From the IMG/VR virus record IMGVR_UViG_3300027709_000001, positions 1 to 53,866 of that record: 53,866 bases of DNA; one strand, given 5' to 3'. Source of the stretch: a virus. Taxonomy: Duplodnaviria > Caudoviricetes. The translations under genes and the position numbers were made by a program. Positions within the stretch are counted from its first letter, which is position 1. Every line of letters starts with the position of its first letter. This document shows, piece by piece, positions 7,884 to 16,959 of this stretch. A model generated the notes under the pieces. The model had not been told where the DNA came from. It made no database searches and saw nothing but the letters and a program-made list of their open reading frames with translations.

Positions 7884-8854
7884 TTTTTACTCCTTAACTT
7901 AATCTTAAGTTCGTTTTCCTCTGCAGATGAAACAATAGTATGGAGTGTAAACATTCTTCCGTATTTTTTAATTGCATCATTAACATCTTTTACATCATTT
8001 TCCCATTCAGGCATACTAACGGACCAACCTAATTCCATTGCCGACTCTGACAAATGTTGTCCATTTTCGTCTCTGTCTGGAACAAGTATTACTTGCTTAT
8101 TTAAACTATTCAGCAGTAGTGCCTGTTGATCTCTGACTTCGCTACCCATTAATGCACACCCATCTATACCTATAGCATCAAGTGGCCCTTCTACAAGTAT
8201 TACAAAAATCCTATTATAGTGTTGTGCATCTAAATTAAAAACGTATCCAGGTTGTTGTTCAGACAGATATTTTGGATTACCTTTTGTAATTTTACGTGCA
8301 GTCCAACCAACAATATCTCCTTTATAATAAAACGGAATAATAAGTCTGTCCCTATACCCTAGATTAGGACTCCAATGAAAGTTATAATCTTCAACGTTTA
8401 GTTGACGTGATTTCATATACTCTAATATTTTTGTTAAATTATCATCAGGATTTTTATACCAAGTAATTGGTTTAGCATCTGCTGGTAATTCAACTGATTT
8501 AAATTCTGGAAGATTAACTATTGGCTCAATAAAGCCGCCAACTTTATTAAATTCTAAAACCTGTAATGCAAGTGAAGTAATAGTAGTATCTGATGCACCT
8601 AACCATTGTAACAAACTACGCATCTTCCTAGATAGTTTGCGACCTTTTTGGTAACTTGCTTTAAAGCCACAATTGAAACAATGGAAACTAACTCCACCAT
8701 CACCATTTGTAATTAAACCGCCACGTTGTCTTTTATCTTGCGTTGTTCCATTATGATGACAACATGGTGCATTAAAACTAGTCCAGCCACTCGGAGTAGT
8801 CTTCCGTTTTGCGGGTAGATGTGTCGTAAGTGTTTCTAGTACTAGATTACTCAT
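7871..8854 (-). CDS. gp61: DNA primase (T4 gp61-like)
   Basis: N-terminal Zn ribbon (PCC...HCFNC), RLIIPF, TOPRIM EGPLDA and DRD, KDVND. Confidence 0.9.
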   Translation of the reverse strand: MSNLVLETLTTHLPAKRKTTPSGWTSFNAPCCHHNGTTQDKRQRGGLITNGDGGVSFHCFNCGFKASYQKGRKLSRKMRSLLQWLGASDTTITSLALQVLEFNKVGGFIEPIVNLPEFKSVELPADAKPITWYKNPDDNLTKILEYMKSRQLNVEDYNFHWSPNLGYRDRLIIPFYYKGDIVGWTARKITKGNPKYLSEQQPGYVFNLDAQHYNRIFVILVEGPLDAIGIDGCALMGSEVRDQQALLLNSLNKQVILVPDRDENGQHLSESAMELGWSVSMPEWENDVKDVNDAIKKYGRMFTLHTIVSSAEENELKIKLRSKKWFG

Positions 8855-8860
8855 AGTTAT

Positions 8861-8889
8861 ATTATATAATACTATGAGAAGAAAGTCAA
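8861..8889 (-). promoter_or_regulatory. Sigma70-type promoter
   Basis: TTGACT-N17-TATAAT, 6 nt before primase ATG. Confidence 0.8.
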
Positions 8890-9678
8890 CTAGTTTTTAA
8901 TAAGAATTTTGTCGATTGTTCCGGAAACTTTATTTTGGTATTTTGCTCTTATGTGAGAAAATACGCCGTTAAAGTTTATAAATTGAGGTTGTGTAGGTGA
9001 CGTTAAAGTAGTTGAATAAATGTCTGTCCAGTTAGTAAAACTCTCAATACTATTATCTAATGTACCTTGAATTATAATTTCACCTTCAAAATCTGTAGTA
9101 TATACTGCCGCTGTATGTAATGCATCATTACCGTTTTTGGCAGGTTCGGCTGTTATTGATTCGCTGGCAAATATTCCAGAGCTGGCTTCAGTTTCAGTGA
9201 ATGTTGTTATTTCATATGTTGGAGCAGGTCCTGGAAATGCTTCAGTGTTTACGTGAATATTTCCACTTGAATGATAGTGAGTATCACCATATGTTAATAC
9301 TTTAGTAGCATCAGAAGTTTTAATTAGGAATACATTATAACTTAGATATTGCGATTTTAAGTCCAGTAAATCGTTCTCTCTAACTGTTATTGTAAACTGC
9401 CCTTTTCTACTTGGAGTAGACGTTTCTATAATTACGCCATCATGCTCTAGCACTTGTCTGTTTGTTTCATCAAACGCAACAAATTTAGGCGTATATGTGT
9501 TTAATATGCTTATAGGTTTCTGGTCTGGGTTCTTTATTTCAAAGGTTAGGACGTTGTCTATTCCTTTGTATACTTCTAATGTTCTACGATACACTGGTCT
9601 ATACTCCGTTATGTTATTAGCCAAATCTGCTACGAGTATGGCGTTATTGGTTGATAAATATCTAGGTATTAACTGCAT
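8890..9678 (-). CDS. Hypothetical beta-rich protein, possibly structural
   Basis: Thr/Ile-rich ORF with upstream ATAAATA. Confidence 0.6.
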   Translation of the reverse strand: MQLIPRYLSTNNAILVADLANNITEYRPVYRRTLEVYKGIDNVLTFEIKNPDQKPISILNTYTPKFVAFDETNRQVLEHDGVIIETSTPSRKGQFTITVRENDLLDLKSQYLSYNVFLIKTSDATKVLTYGDTHYHSSGNIHVNTEAFPGPAPTYEITTFTETEASSGIFASESITAEPAKNGNDALHTAAVYTTDFEGEIIIQGTLDNSIESFTNWTDIYSTTLTSPTQPQFINFNGVFSHIRAKYQNKVSGTIDKILIKN

Positions 9679-9730
9679 AGCTTGTTTATACTCACTTTAC
9701 TTATATAAAGTATTTATTTAGATTAGAAAG

Positions 9731-10102
9731 ATGCTATTAAAAGATATAGAAACTAAATTCCCATTTTTAAGCGTTGTCCAGTACGGTGGACAAGAATATA
9801 TAGGCATAATCGCAAATCAAGACCAGCAAGTAACGTCGATGTACGTATATAATATGCTCCGTGAGGATGACGAAAAAGCCCACTTTATTAAGATGGGCGA
9901 AACCTGGTGGTTTGAAAGTAATAGGACTATACCTATAAGCATATTCCTTCCCAAGGAATTTGTTAGATTTAGACACGCATTAGTCACTATGAACACTAAA
10001 GATGTCAAAGTAACTCTAGGACCTGTAGTAAATTTAAACAATTTAACAATTAAAAGAGTTAAACGTAAGAGCGTTCAGCTAGTTAGGAAACCTAAATCAT
10101 GA
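9731..10102 (+). CDS. Hypothetical protein
   Basis: 123-aa ORF divergent from the previous gene; ATGA overlap with the next. Confidence 0.75.
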   Translation: MLLKDIETKFPFLSVVQYGGQEYIGIIANQDQQVTSMYVYNMLREDDEKAHFIKMGETWWFESNRTIPISIFLPKEFVRFRHALVTMNTKDVKVTLGPVVNLNNLTIKRVKRKSVQLVRKPKS

Positions 10103-10758
10103 ATATTATTGTAGCAGGATGTAGCTTTTCAGATTATCTTGACGATAATAATTATGTTTACGGTGACCGTTTAGCCATGATGCTTGGAGCCAAGTATATC
10201 CATGAAGGTGCTGGAGCAGGATCGAATTGGCGTATTTGGCGTAGAATAACTAAAATGATTCTAGATGGAAAACTTATGCCTGATGACATTGTTATTATAC
10301 AATATACAGGACTTGAACGTAAAGAGTTTTGGTCATCCAATGAACAAACAAGCACTAGTAAACATAGAGAACCATATAATAATGATGGAAGTTTACTACG
10401 TTATAAAGCTAAAGCACACGAATGGCATAAAGATAAAGAAGCAAATTTTTTAAAAATGTATGAAGAGAATCATGTGTCAGCTGAGTTTTGTGAAGAACAA
10501 TTTTATACACAACATCATATGTTTCAGTATATGTTAAAAGCACATAACGTAAAAGCTATATTCTTTTATTCACGCCATAGACAACAGTATCCTCTAATAG
10601 ATCATTTTAAAATAACTGTGTTTGATGAAGGTGATGAGTTTAGACATAATAAAGATACTTGGTATTCTTCAGAAGATAATTCACATCTATGTGATAAAGG
10701 TCATTTACAGTTAGCTAAAAAAATGCTTACGCATTTAAAAGATATTAATTTTGTTTAA
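10099..10758 (+). CDS. SGNH hydrolase-like protein
   Basis: VAGCSFS, GAGSN, C-terminal SHL...GH. Confidence 0.6.
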   Translation: MNIIVAGCSFSDYLDDNNYVYGDRLAMMLGAKYIHEGAGAGSNWRIWRRITKMILDGKLMPDDIVIIQYTGLERKEFWSSNEQTSTSKHREPYNNDGSLLRYKAKAHEWHKDKEANFLKMYEENHVSAEFCEEQFYTQHHMFQYMLKAHNVKAIFFYSRHRQQYPLIDHFKITVFDEGDEFRHNKDTWYSSEDNSHLCDKGHLQLAKKMLTHLKDINFV

Positions 10759-10872
10759 TACGTTTCTTAATTACATTGTAACATAATTCACAGTAATATA
10801 AACCTTTGAAACAGAAGAGTTTAGGTTCAGGCTCGTCTGGTAACCAGCCTAGCTTACAGATATAACAACTTG

Positions 10873-11604
10873 TTATTTGTAATTTTTTCGAGATAGCTTT
10901 TCTCGATAGTGTTGCGGTGCAAATACAGAATTATGAATCCATTGTGTAAGTCGATTAATTTTAGTTCTATGATCACCTACAGCAGTTTCCATTTGAAATT
11001 CTTCACGCTTATACGGAATTATTTGACATAGTGGCATTCCACGCTTGAACAATACTGTTTCATCCGGCTTCGCTTCAAAGAATGTATTAACGTGCATCTC
11101 ATGATAAGCATCAGTATCAACACTTCCTGTTAATACTTCTAAGTGTGGTTCTACATGATAGAACGGCCGAGTTATTAAACAGCTATAGCCTTTATCTGTT
11201 TTTACTTCCCAGGGCATTTGAAACTTAAATGCTCCAGGCCATTGATCTTCTCTAAAAGGATAGTTACCTATTTGTTCATGTGGATGGGTCGCGGCACTAA
11301 ACAATGGTCGCCCGTTTTGATTTAAGTTTGGCGGTATTTGATAACTTATTTCAAATTCTTTATTATCAACTGTTCTATTTTTAACAACTTCATAGTCACA
11401 CCATAGTGGAATAATATATCCCATACTAATTATGTCCATTATACCTGGACAACTTCTTACAGTATTCCAAGGAACATCTCCAACCTCTCTCTTAGGCTTT
11501 TGATCTTTAAACCACTTAGGCCAAAACTCATAAGCTGGAACAGGAGGCATAGTTTCTTCTAGTTCTTTATATTGTGTAAAAAATAATATATTAGTTGGTT
11601 TCAT
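10873..11604 (-). CDS. Hypothetical protein (possibly dUTPase-like trimeric fold)
   Basis: TV..CPG.D..GYIIP, PW...T..GYS, GSVDTD, G.PLCQIIP. Confidence 0.65.
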   Translation of the reverse strand: MKPTNILFFTQYKELEETMPPVPAYEFWPKWFKDQKPKREVGDVPWNTVRSCPGIMDIISMGYIIPLWCDYEVVKNRTVDNKEFEISYQIPPNLNQNGRPLFSAATHPHEQIGNYPFREDQWPGAFKFQMPWEVKTDKGYSCLITRPFYHVEPHLEVLTGSVDTDAYHEMHVNTFFEAKPDETVLFKRGMPLCQIIPYKREEFQMETAVGDHRTKINRLTQWIHNSVFAPQHYREKLSRKNYK

Positions 11605-11606
11605 AA

Positions 11607-12188
11607 TTATTCTTGAAAAAATTGTCCACCTGGTTCATCAAGACCTTGTCTAATTGTTTTAAAGACTAATGTTATTCTAGGTGTTGTTTTAAAATAAGAT
11701 CCGTAATGTTCAATTTCAGCTGGAAATATTAAAAGTCTATTTTGTTCATATTCAATTTTTGCTACATTTAAATCATCATCAGGATCTGGTCTATAAAAGA
11801 ATTCGCCGCCTTCACCTTTAGGAGTCATCATTAACATCACAGTATGTCCTGCGTCTCCCAGCCCTTTAGAATCTACATGAAATGCACCCGACATACCTGG
11901 ATGTTGTACATTAAAATATATTCTATTAAAGTTAATATCATATTCAAAAAGTTTTTTAATTTTTCTTGTCATATACTGCATCATATGATCAGTTGGATTA
12001 AAATCATGTGAGTACATCTTTCCAACTTCTTTACGAGAACGCTCAACAAAGTAGTGGGGATATTGATTTAAAAATGTGTCGCCTAGGTATGAAGTTAAGT
12101 CAGGATCTAACCAATTATCCAGTATCTTTACTTTTCCATCCGGTGTTGATTTCATGTTTACACTTACTGCATTTCCATTTGTACTCAT
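11607..12188 (-). CDS. 2OG-Fe(II) oxygenase
   Basis: FHVD...GGEF...NRLLIFP..EH...R. Confidence 0.85.
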   Translation of the reverse strand: MSTNGNAVSVNMKSTPDGKVKILDNWLDPDLTSYLGDTFLNQYPHYFVERSRKEVGKMYSHDFNPTDHMMQYMTRKIKKLFEYDINFNRIYFNVQHPGMSGAFHVDSKGLGDAGHTVMLMMTPKGEGGEFFYRPDPDDDLNVAKIEYEQNRLLIFPAEIEHYGSYFKTTPRITLVFKTIRQGLDEPGGQFFQE

Positions 12189-12211
12189 TAATATATACTA
12201 GACAGCCAGTT

Positions 12212-12808
12212 CTACAATTCGGACACTGGACTAACGTCTCCCCCTTTTGCATCTAATAAGCCCTCACATATCAAATTCATTTGTACCACAATTGCCATAG
12301 CATAGGCAATTGCGTGTGCTTTTTTGAAATAGTATTCATTATTCTTCGGCCTCGTCCATATCGTGTCTTTCATATCGTTCCAGGTCTTCCCTAGTAGGTG
12401 GCGTTTCCCCGGACGTATCATTGCTAGGACCATAGCGAGTTGTTCCACGCTTTGCGGCTTCATTTTTTCTAAAATTGAACCATGATCGCCTACGTGAAAG
12501 AGTTGTTCTACGAAATCGGTGTGTTCTAGAAGTGACCACATTGGCTCCTTTGCTATCAATGTATTTAGATGATCTTCATTTTTAATGTCTTTATAAAGGC
12601 TGACGTTCAAGAAGTCTAGTTTGAAATAGCCTCTGTCATCAGCAGTTTTATAATCAATTGTTGACATATTATCCACAGGATTGGTAGGAATTTCAGTAAA
12701 GTAAACTCCTGTGTTATGCTTCTTTTCTATATTTAATCTTGCAATTCGATGTTTAATTACTTTAAGTATATCATCTCTATCTGCAAAATCAATGTCAATG
12801 TCTGGCAT
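12212..12808 (-). CDS. Miniature/split DNA polymerase III alpha (family C) catalytic core
   Basis: PDIDIDF, KHNTGVY, FKLDFL, IRPG, FKKAHAIAY in DnaE order within 198 aa. Confidence 0.85.
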   Translation of the reverse strand: MPDIDIDFADRDDILKVIKHRIARLNIEKKHNTGVYFTEIPTNPVDNMSTIDYKTADDRGYFKLDFLNVSLYKDIKNEDHLNTLIAKEPMWSLLEHTDFVEQLFHVGDHGSILEKMKPQSVEQLAMVLAMIRPGKRHLLGKTWNDMKDTIWTRPKNNEYYFKKAHAIAYAMAIVVQMNLICEGLLDAKGGDVSPVSEL

Positions 12809-12953
12809 TTATTCTATCCATGGCTTCTATTATTTCTTTTGTTGTATAATTATGTTTTGGTTCTGTGGATTCTTTTTTCTTAAAGATTCTATCATAGTTT
12901 TTATCATACTGCTTTTTATCTTTAATAGGTCTTTGTCTACTGCCCTTACTCAT
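12795..12953 (-). CDS. 52-aa basic protein (not in ORF track)
   Basis: MSKGSRQRPIKDKKQYDKNYDRIFKKK...; ATGA overlap upstream. Confidence 0.65.
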   Translation of the reverse strand: MSKGSRQRPIKDKKQYDKNYDRIFKKKESTEPKHNYTTKEIIEAMDRINARH

Positions 12954-13636
12954 AAATTACTTTCCTTTGCTATTTCTTTAACTAACTCAACATCAGCTAT
13001 ATGTCTTTTAAATCGCATAGCCCAATGTTTTGGATCCATGACATGATATACAATTTGTAATTGTTCATCACTAAATTTACTTAACATCTGTTTACCGCTA
13101 TTAGTATTAAGTATTAACCACGGACTTATTTTTCCATCTTTAATATCTTGTGTAGCACGATTTAAACTTGAATAAGAAAAATAGTGTTGCCAAGGCGCTT
13201 CTTTTTCAACGCCCCAATCCATCATTGTTTTAATACTTCTTTCAAGTGCAGTTTCAACACTTTCTTTAAGAATTAATTCTAACGCATACTTTTCATATAA
13301 TTCTTCTCTACACCAGTGGTCTAGTTTAACTCCACTAGTAACAACATAGTCTACATATTTGTCAGGATATAAAGGTCGTACGTTGCTGACAAAACTACCA
13401 AACTTAACAAAAGCATTATAATAAGGACTATCACAAAAGTCTTCATAGGTTTTATTTCCTTCAAATCTTTGGCATAACTGATAGAACCTATTAAACGTTA
13501 AGAATCCTAATTGTACGCTCTTTTCATCTTTCTGTAAATGACGTCGTTTCTTTTCGCACATATGAACTGCGAGAGTTTTTTCTCTTGTATAACTTGATCC
13601 ACAATATTTACAAGTATATGGTTTAGAATTTGACAT
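12950..13636 (-). CDS. Protein with N-terminal C2HC zinc finger
   Basis: YTCKYC...LAVHMC; probable start MSNSKP at 13636. Confidence 0.75.
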   Translation of the reverse strand: MSNSKPYTCKYCGSSYTREKTLAVHMCEKKRRHLQKDEKSVQLGFLTFNRFYQLCQRFEGNKTYEDFCDSPYYNAFVKFGSFVSNVRPLYPDKYVDYVVTSGVKLDHWCREELYEKYALELILKESVETALERSIKTMMDWGVEKEAPWQHYFSYSSLNRATQDIKDGKISPWLILNTNSGKQMLSKFSDEQLQIVYHVMDPKHWAMRFKRHIADVELVKEIAKESNL

Positions 13637-14087
13637 CGTTTTTCTCGTGGCCCAAGTCTTGTGCAAGTTCTTTAAGTTCTGCTTTTGTAGATATCCTAGC
13701 AAGGAGTTCTGCATCATCTTCTTTCATATTTGGGTAGAGATTTAATAAAAACTTAGATGCTATATTTTTGCCACCCTTTTTCTTTAATGGTACCCAATCA
13801 TGTACACGTGATTGTCTTTTAACATTGTGCGTACAACATAACAGTTGCCATAACAACTTGTAGTGCTTACTAATAACATTCCAATTTTTATTATACAACT
13901 CATTAGTTGCAATAACGGCCCATTCCTGTGCATCACGCTTACCCTTAACAAGACTTATATACCTGTTTAAGAGCCAAAACTTTTCTTTAATAATTTGTGT
14001 GCGTTCTTCATCAGTATATTCGTTCCATACGGATTTACTATCAGTATCGATTGCATAAAAGATTTCTTTGTTGGATAGTCTACTCAT
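13623..14087 (-). CDS. Putative clamp-loader small subunit (gp62-like)
   Basis: Size and pattern (LLNRYIS..A.NE...W..KK..Y) reminiscent of gp62; replication context. Confidence 0.45.
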   Translation of the reverse strand: MSRLSNKEIFYAIDTDSKSVWNEYTDEERTQIIKEKFWLLNRYISLVKGKRDAQEWAVIATNELYNKNWNVISKHYKLLWQLLCCTHNVKRQSRVHDWVPLKKKGGKNIASKFLLNLYPNMKEDDAELLARISTKAELKELAQDLGHEKNDVKF

Positions 14088-14094
14088 TAGTAAT

Positions 14095-14123
14095 AGTATA
14101 CTGTATTATTTGCTATTTGTCAA
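14095..14123 (-). promoter_or_regulatory. Sigma70-type promoter
   Basis: TTGACA-N17-TATACT, 7 nt before ATG. Confidence 0.8.
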
Positions 14124-14252
14124 GTATTTCTTTTTATACCATTTTGCAAATTCAGGATCTTCTTCAAACTCTACAACTACTTGTCTAGCAGATAATTGAT
14201 CAGAACGAATGCAATCAGCTAACTCTTGATACTCGTCTTTACTTCTTTTCAT
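14106..14252 (-). CDS. 48-aa hypothetical protein (not in ORF track)
   Basis: MKRSKDEYQELADCIRSDQLSARQVVVEFEEDPEFAKWYKKKYLTNSK; abuts upstream stop. Confidence 0.6.
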   Translation of the reverse strand: MKRSKDEYQELADCIRSDQLSARQVVVEFEEDPEFAKWYKKKYLTNSK

Positions 14253-14459
14253 TTAACTATCCCTCTTAGCGATCGAGTCCTTTGCACTTAATGGACCCTC
14301 CAAATTTTTGGCTTCTTCTTCAGATAGAATATTTCCATAATGCGGCCAGCCATAACTTTCTGGGTCTTCGCCAACGTACCTCCAACGAATTACACCTGTA
14401 TCAGGGTTACGCTCATATATTCTAGGGCGTGTTTCGTTTTCATTAAGTTCTTTTGACAT
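14253..14459 (-). CDS. Hypothetical protein
   Basis: MSKELNE...IYERNPDTG; TAATG coupling. Confidence 0.65.
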   Translation of the reverse strand: MSKELNENETRPRIYERNPDTGVIRWRYVGEDPESYGWPHYGNILSEEEAKNLEGPLSAKDSIAKRDS

Positions 14460-14605
14460 TATATATTTCCTTTCCATTTTCCACCATAAGGATTAGATTT
14501 ACGCTTATACTTTTTCTTTTTCTTCTTAGGTTTTACCTCGTTTGTTAATATCAACGGCTTTTCCGGACATAACCAACGTACTACTTTTTTACATATTCCA
14601 AACAT
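14459..14605 (-). CDS. 48-aa Lys-rich protein (not in ORF track)
   Basis: MFGICKKVVRWLCPEKPLILTNEVKPKKKKKKYKRKSNPYGGKWKGNI; fills the gap exactly. Confidence 0.55.
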   Translation of the reverse strand: MFGICKKVVRWLCPEKPLILTNEVKPKKKKKKYKRKSNPYGGKWKGNI

Positions 14606-14797
14606 TTATTCCTTTCTAATAGTTACTACACCATGTTTGTCTTTGTGCCATCCTTCGGGTTTTACTCGCCACGAGTTTCTATGTAACGAATTTTCCCGGC
14701 AAGAATCACACCATTGTTTTTCATCTCTATTTGCTACTTTTATATCAAGTGTTTCAGTCCAGCAACAACGCCAGCACTGATAACGATATAAAACCAT
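14606..14797 (-). CDS. FmdB-like zinc-ribbon protein
   Basis: LYRYQCWRC...CDSC. Confidence 0.65.
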   Translation of the reverse strand: MVLYRYQCWRCCWTETLDIKVANRDEKQWCDSCRENSLHRNSWRVKPEGWHKDKHGVVTIRKE

Positions 14798-15103
14798 TTA
14801 CATCATTACCTTCTCTTGACATATAAGCGTCACGTCACCAATCATACCTTCTTGGTACATTTGGGTTATGTGACCATTCTTAGCTACACAATCTTTATAC
14901 AACGGTTGCTCAGCTAAAAATTTTGTAAGTTCTTTTTCATCTGCAGGATATTCCATAAATCCCCATGACTGAGATCGCCATGTATGTTTGTGTCCATTAG
15001 CTACCCAACTTCCGGATTTAACTTCTTGTTTAGCAAACAATCCTGCACATCCCATAAACATAAAACTTAATAAAACTAATATTGCGTATTTCATGTATTT
15101 CAT
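14798..15103 (-). CDS. Putative lipoprotein
   Basis: MKYMKYAILVLLSFMFMGC signal/lipobox; AAGGGG SD. Confidence 0.6.
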   Translation of the reverse strand: MKYMKYAILVLLSFMFMGCAGLFAKQEVKSGSWVANGHKHTWRSQSWGFMEYPADEKELTKFLAEQPLYKDCVAKNGHITQMYQEGMIGDVTLICQEKVMM

Positions 15104-15122
15104 TACATACCCCTTGTTAAGG

Positions 15123-15479
15123 TTAAATTTTTGAGCCAACTGTTCTACGAACGATATCGTTATGATCAAATTCAGCCCAATAAAGTTCGAAGGCTACACC
15201 ATTTTCTACACCTTCGAATTGATGAACTTTACCTGGTTTAACTACAGTAAAGTCACCTGGTCCAAGGATAGTTTCATCAACTAATCCTTCTTGGTCTTCA
15301 GTTTGCCAAACACGTACAATCATCTTGCCACGCTCAACAAAGAAGCCGTTAAACTTATATTGATGTTCATGTTCTGAACATTTAAACCCTGCTTTAAATT
15401 CAATACGGTGAAATTCTAACACACCATTAGCGTGAATTAATTCTGTTTGTCCCCATACTTTTCCTGCTTTAACTGTCAT
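15123..15479 (-). CDS. Cupin-domain protein
   Basis: KVWG, CSEHEH..K.N.F.V..G, PG..HQF. Confidence 0.85.
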   Translation of the reverse strand: MTVKAGKVWGQTELIHANGVLEFHRIEFKAGFKCSEHEHQYKFNGFFVERGKMIVRVWQTEDQEGLVDETILGPGDFTVVKPGKVHQFEGVENGVAFELYWAEFDHNDIVRRTVGSKI

Positions 15480-15481
15480 GT

Positions 15482-16231
15482 TTAATCTCCGAATCTAAAT
15501 AACTTGTCAGGCACATGACAATCGATATTAATATATCGTCTAATACTATTTGGATCTTGTCTCGGTGTTACACCGTGTATACTGTCAACAGTATTTAAAA
15601 AACCTATCATAGTATTACGTGCATATGGTATATGTCCAACAATTTCAATATCTTCCATTTCTGCTTCACGATTATTACCGGTTCTGCGCCACTGGCCTTT
15701 TGTTTTCTTTTTATAAAGATTTAAGCCGCCATCGTCTCCATTGTCATCAAACTTTTTAAAATAAAATAAAAATGCAAATAATTCACGTGCTTGATCAACG
15801 TGTGGAGTTCTAATTTGTATATTATCGATTGCATTAATAACAAATTGCATTTCCATTTTCATTGCATCTATTGGGCCTTTTTCGTATCTGCCTTTTACTT
15901 CTGCTCTAGCATACTTAATATATAACTGATTATAATGTTTCTTTATTGCTTCTTGGTACGCTGAAACTACTTCGTCCTTAAACCATTTGCTAGTATTATA
16001 ATCAGCAAACGCTTTCCATAAAGGTGTAATAACAGAATAATCAAAATCCTTTTGTTGGTAACGCATATCACCAAAACCTTTAGTTTTTCCTTTAAGCATA
16101 AGTTCTTCGGGATACTGTTCTTCTAGTTCCTTATATAAACTCCACGGTAATACTTCTGGTATATGAATATGTGGAAACGGGTCCATTTTAAAATGTTCAG
16201 GTTTAAAATTTTGTAATACACTTAAATTCAT
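15482..16231 (-). CDS. 2OG-Fe(II) oxygenase
   Basis: DPFPHI, PHVD, GGL.LY, SIHGV, RR. Confidence 0.85.
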   Translation of the reverse strand: MNLSVLQNFKPEHFKMDPFPHIHIPEVLPWSLYKELEEQYPEELMLKGKTKGFGDMRYQQKDFDYSVITPLWKAFADYNTSKWFKDEVVSAYQEAIKKHYNQLYIKYARAEVKGRYEKGPIDAMKMEMQFVINAIDNIQIRTPHVDQARELFAFLFYFKKFDDNGDDGGLNLYKKKTKGQWRRTGNNREAEMEDIEIVGHIPYARNTMIGFLNTVDSIHGVTPRQDPNSIRRYINIDCHVPDKLFRFGD

Positions 16232-16959
16232 TTATACCTCGATTGTATTTCTATAGCAGAAATATTATCATTATTATACAAATGTTGTTGTGGAGAACTA
16301 AATTCATTATCTTCGTTCTTTTGCATAATAGCAACAATCATAGGATCACGTTCCCAACTATCTAAATTATAATCATTTCTATATCCTTTATCACGAGATA
16401 GTTTACCACCTAACTTTTCAATACGTTGTCCATCACTCGACCCAATCCATAAACCATGTAATTTATAATTGTTTTGTAATGCTAAACAAGGAAATAAATT
16501 AGGTTGGAAATTATAAAATCCATGATCAACCCATCTATAAAAAGGTAAAACATGAATCATAAATCCTTTAACTTGACATAAGTTATGCACGTTTCTAAAT
16601 ACCATATACTGATTAAAAACGTGTTCTCCTGTACCATTATTAGTTACTAAATCAAACTTTTCGTCAAACCCGTAATGCTCAACTAAATCCATATTAAGAT
16701 CTAATGCAACTGCATTCATATCTGTGTTTACATCAATAGCAAGATATTTTCTAAATCCTATATCCATATAAAATTCTTTTGTTGTCGAAAGTCCTGGAGT
16801 ACCGTTAGTGTTTAATCTTTGATAAATTTTAGAACGTGACTTATTATTTTTTAATCGCTGGTTACCTAACTCAACTACAGTTGGAGTACATTTTCCGTTA
16901 CACGTAACTTCATCTAGTATAGAGTCAAGTGCTATAGTCATTAAGTTTGTATAAGACAT
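16228..16959 (-). CDS. Class I SAM-dependent methyltransferase-like protein
   Basis: VVELG, AIDVN, LDLN, FDLVTN.GT.EHVF. Confidence 0.75.
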   Translation of the reverse strand: MSYTNLMTIALDSILDEVTCNGKCTPTVVELGNQRLKNNKSRSKIYQRLNTNGTPGLSTTKEFYMDIGFRKYLAIDVNTDMNAVALDLNMDLVEHYGFDEKFDLVTNNGTGEHVFNQYMVFRNVHNLCQVKGFMIHVLPFYRWVDHGFYNFQPNLFPCLALQNNYKLHGLWIGSSDGQRIEKLGGKLSRDKGYRNDYNLDSWERDPMIVAIMQKNEDNEFSSPQQHLYNNDNISAIEIQSRYK

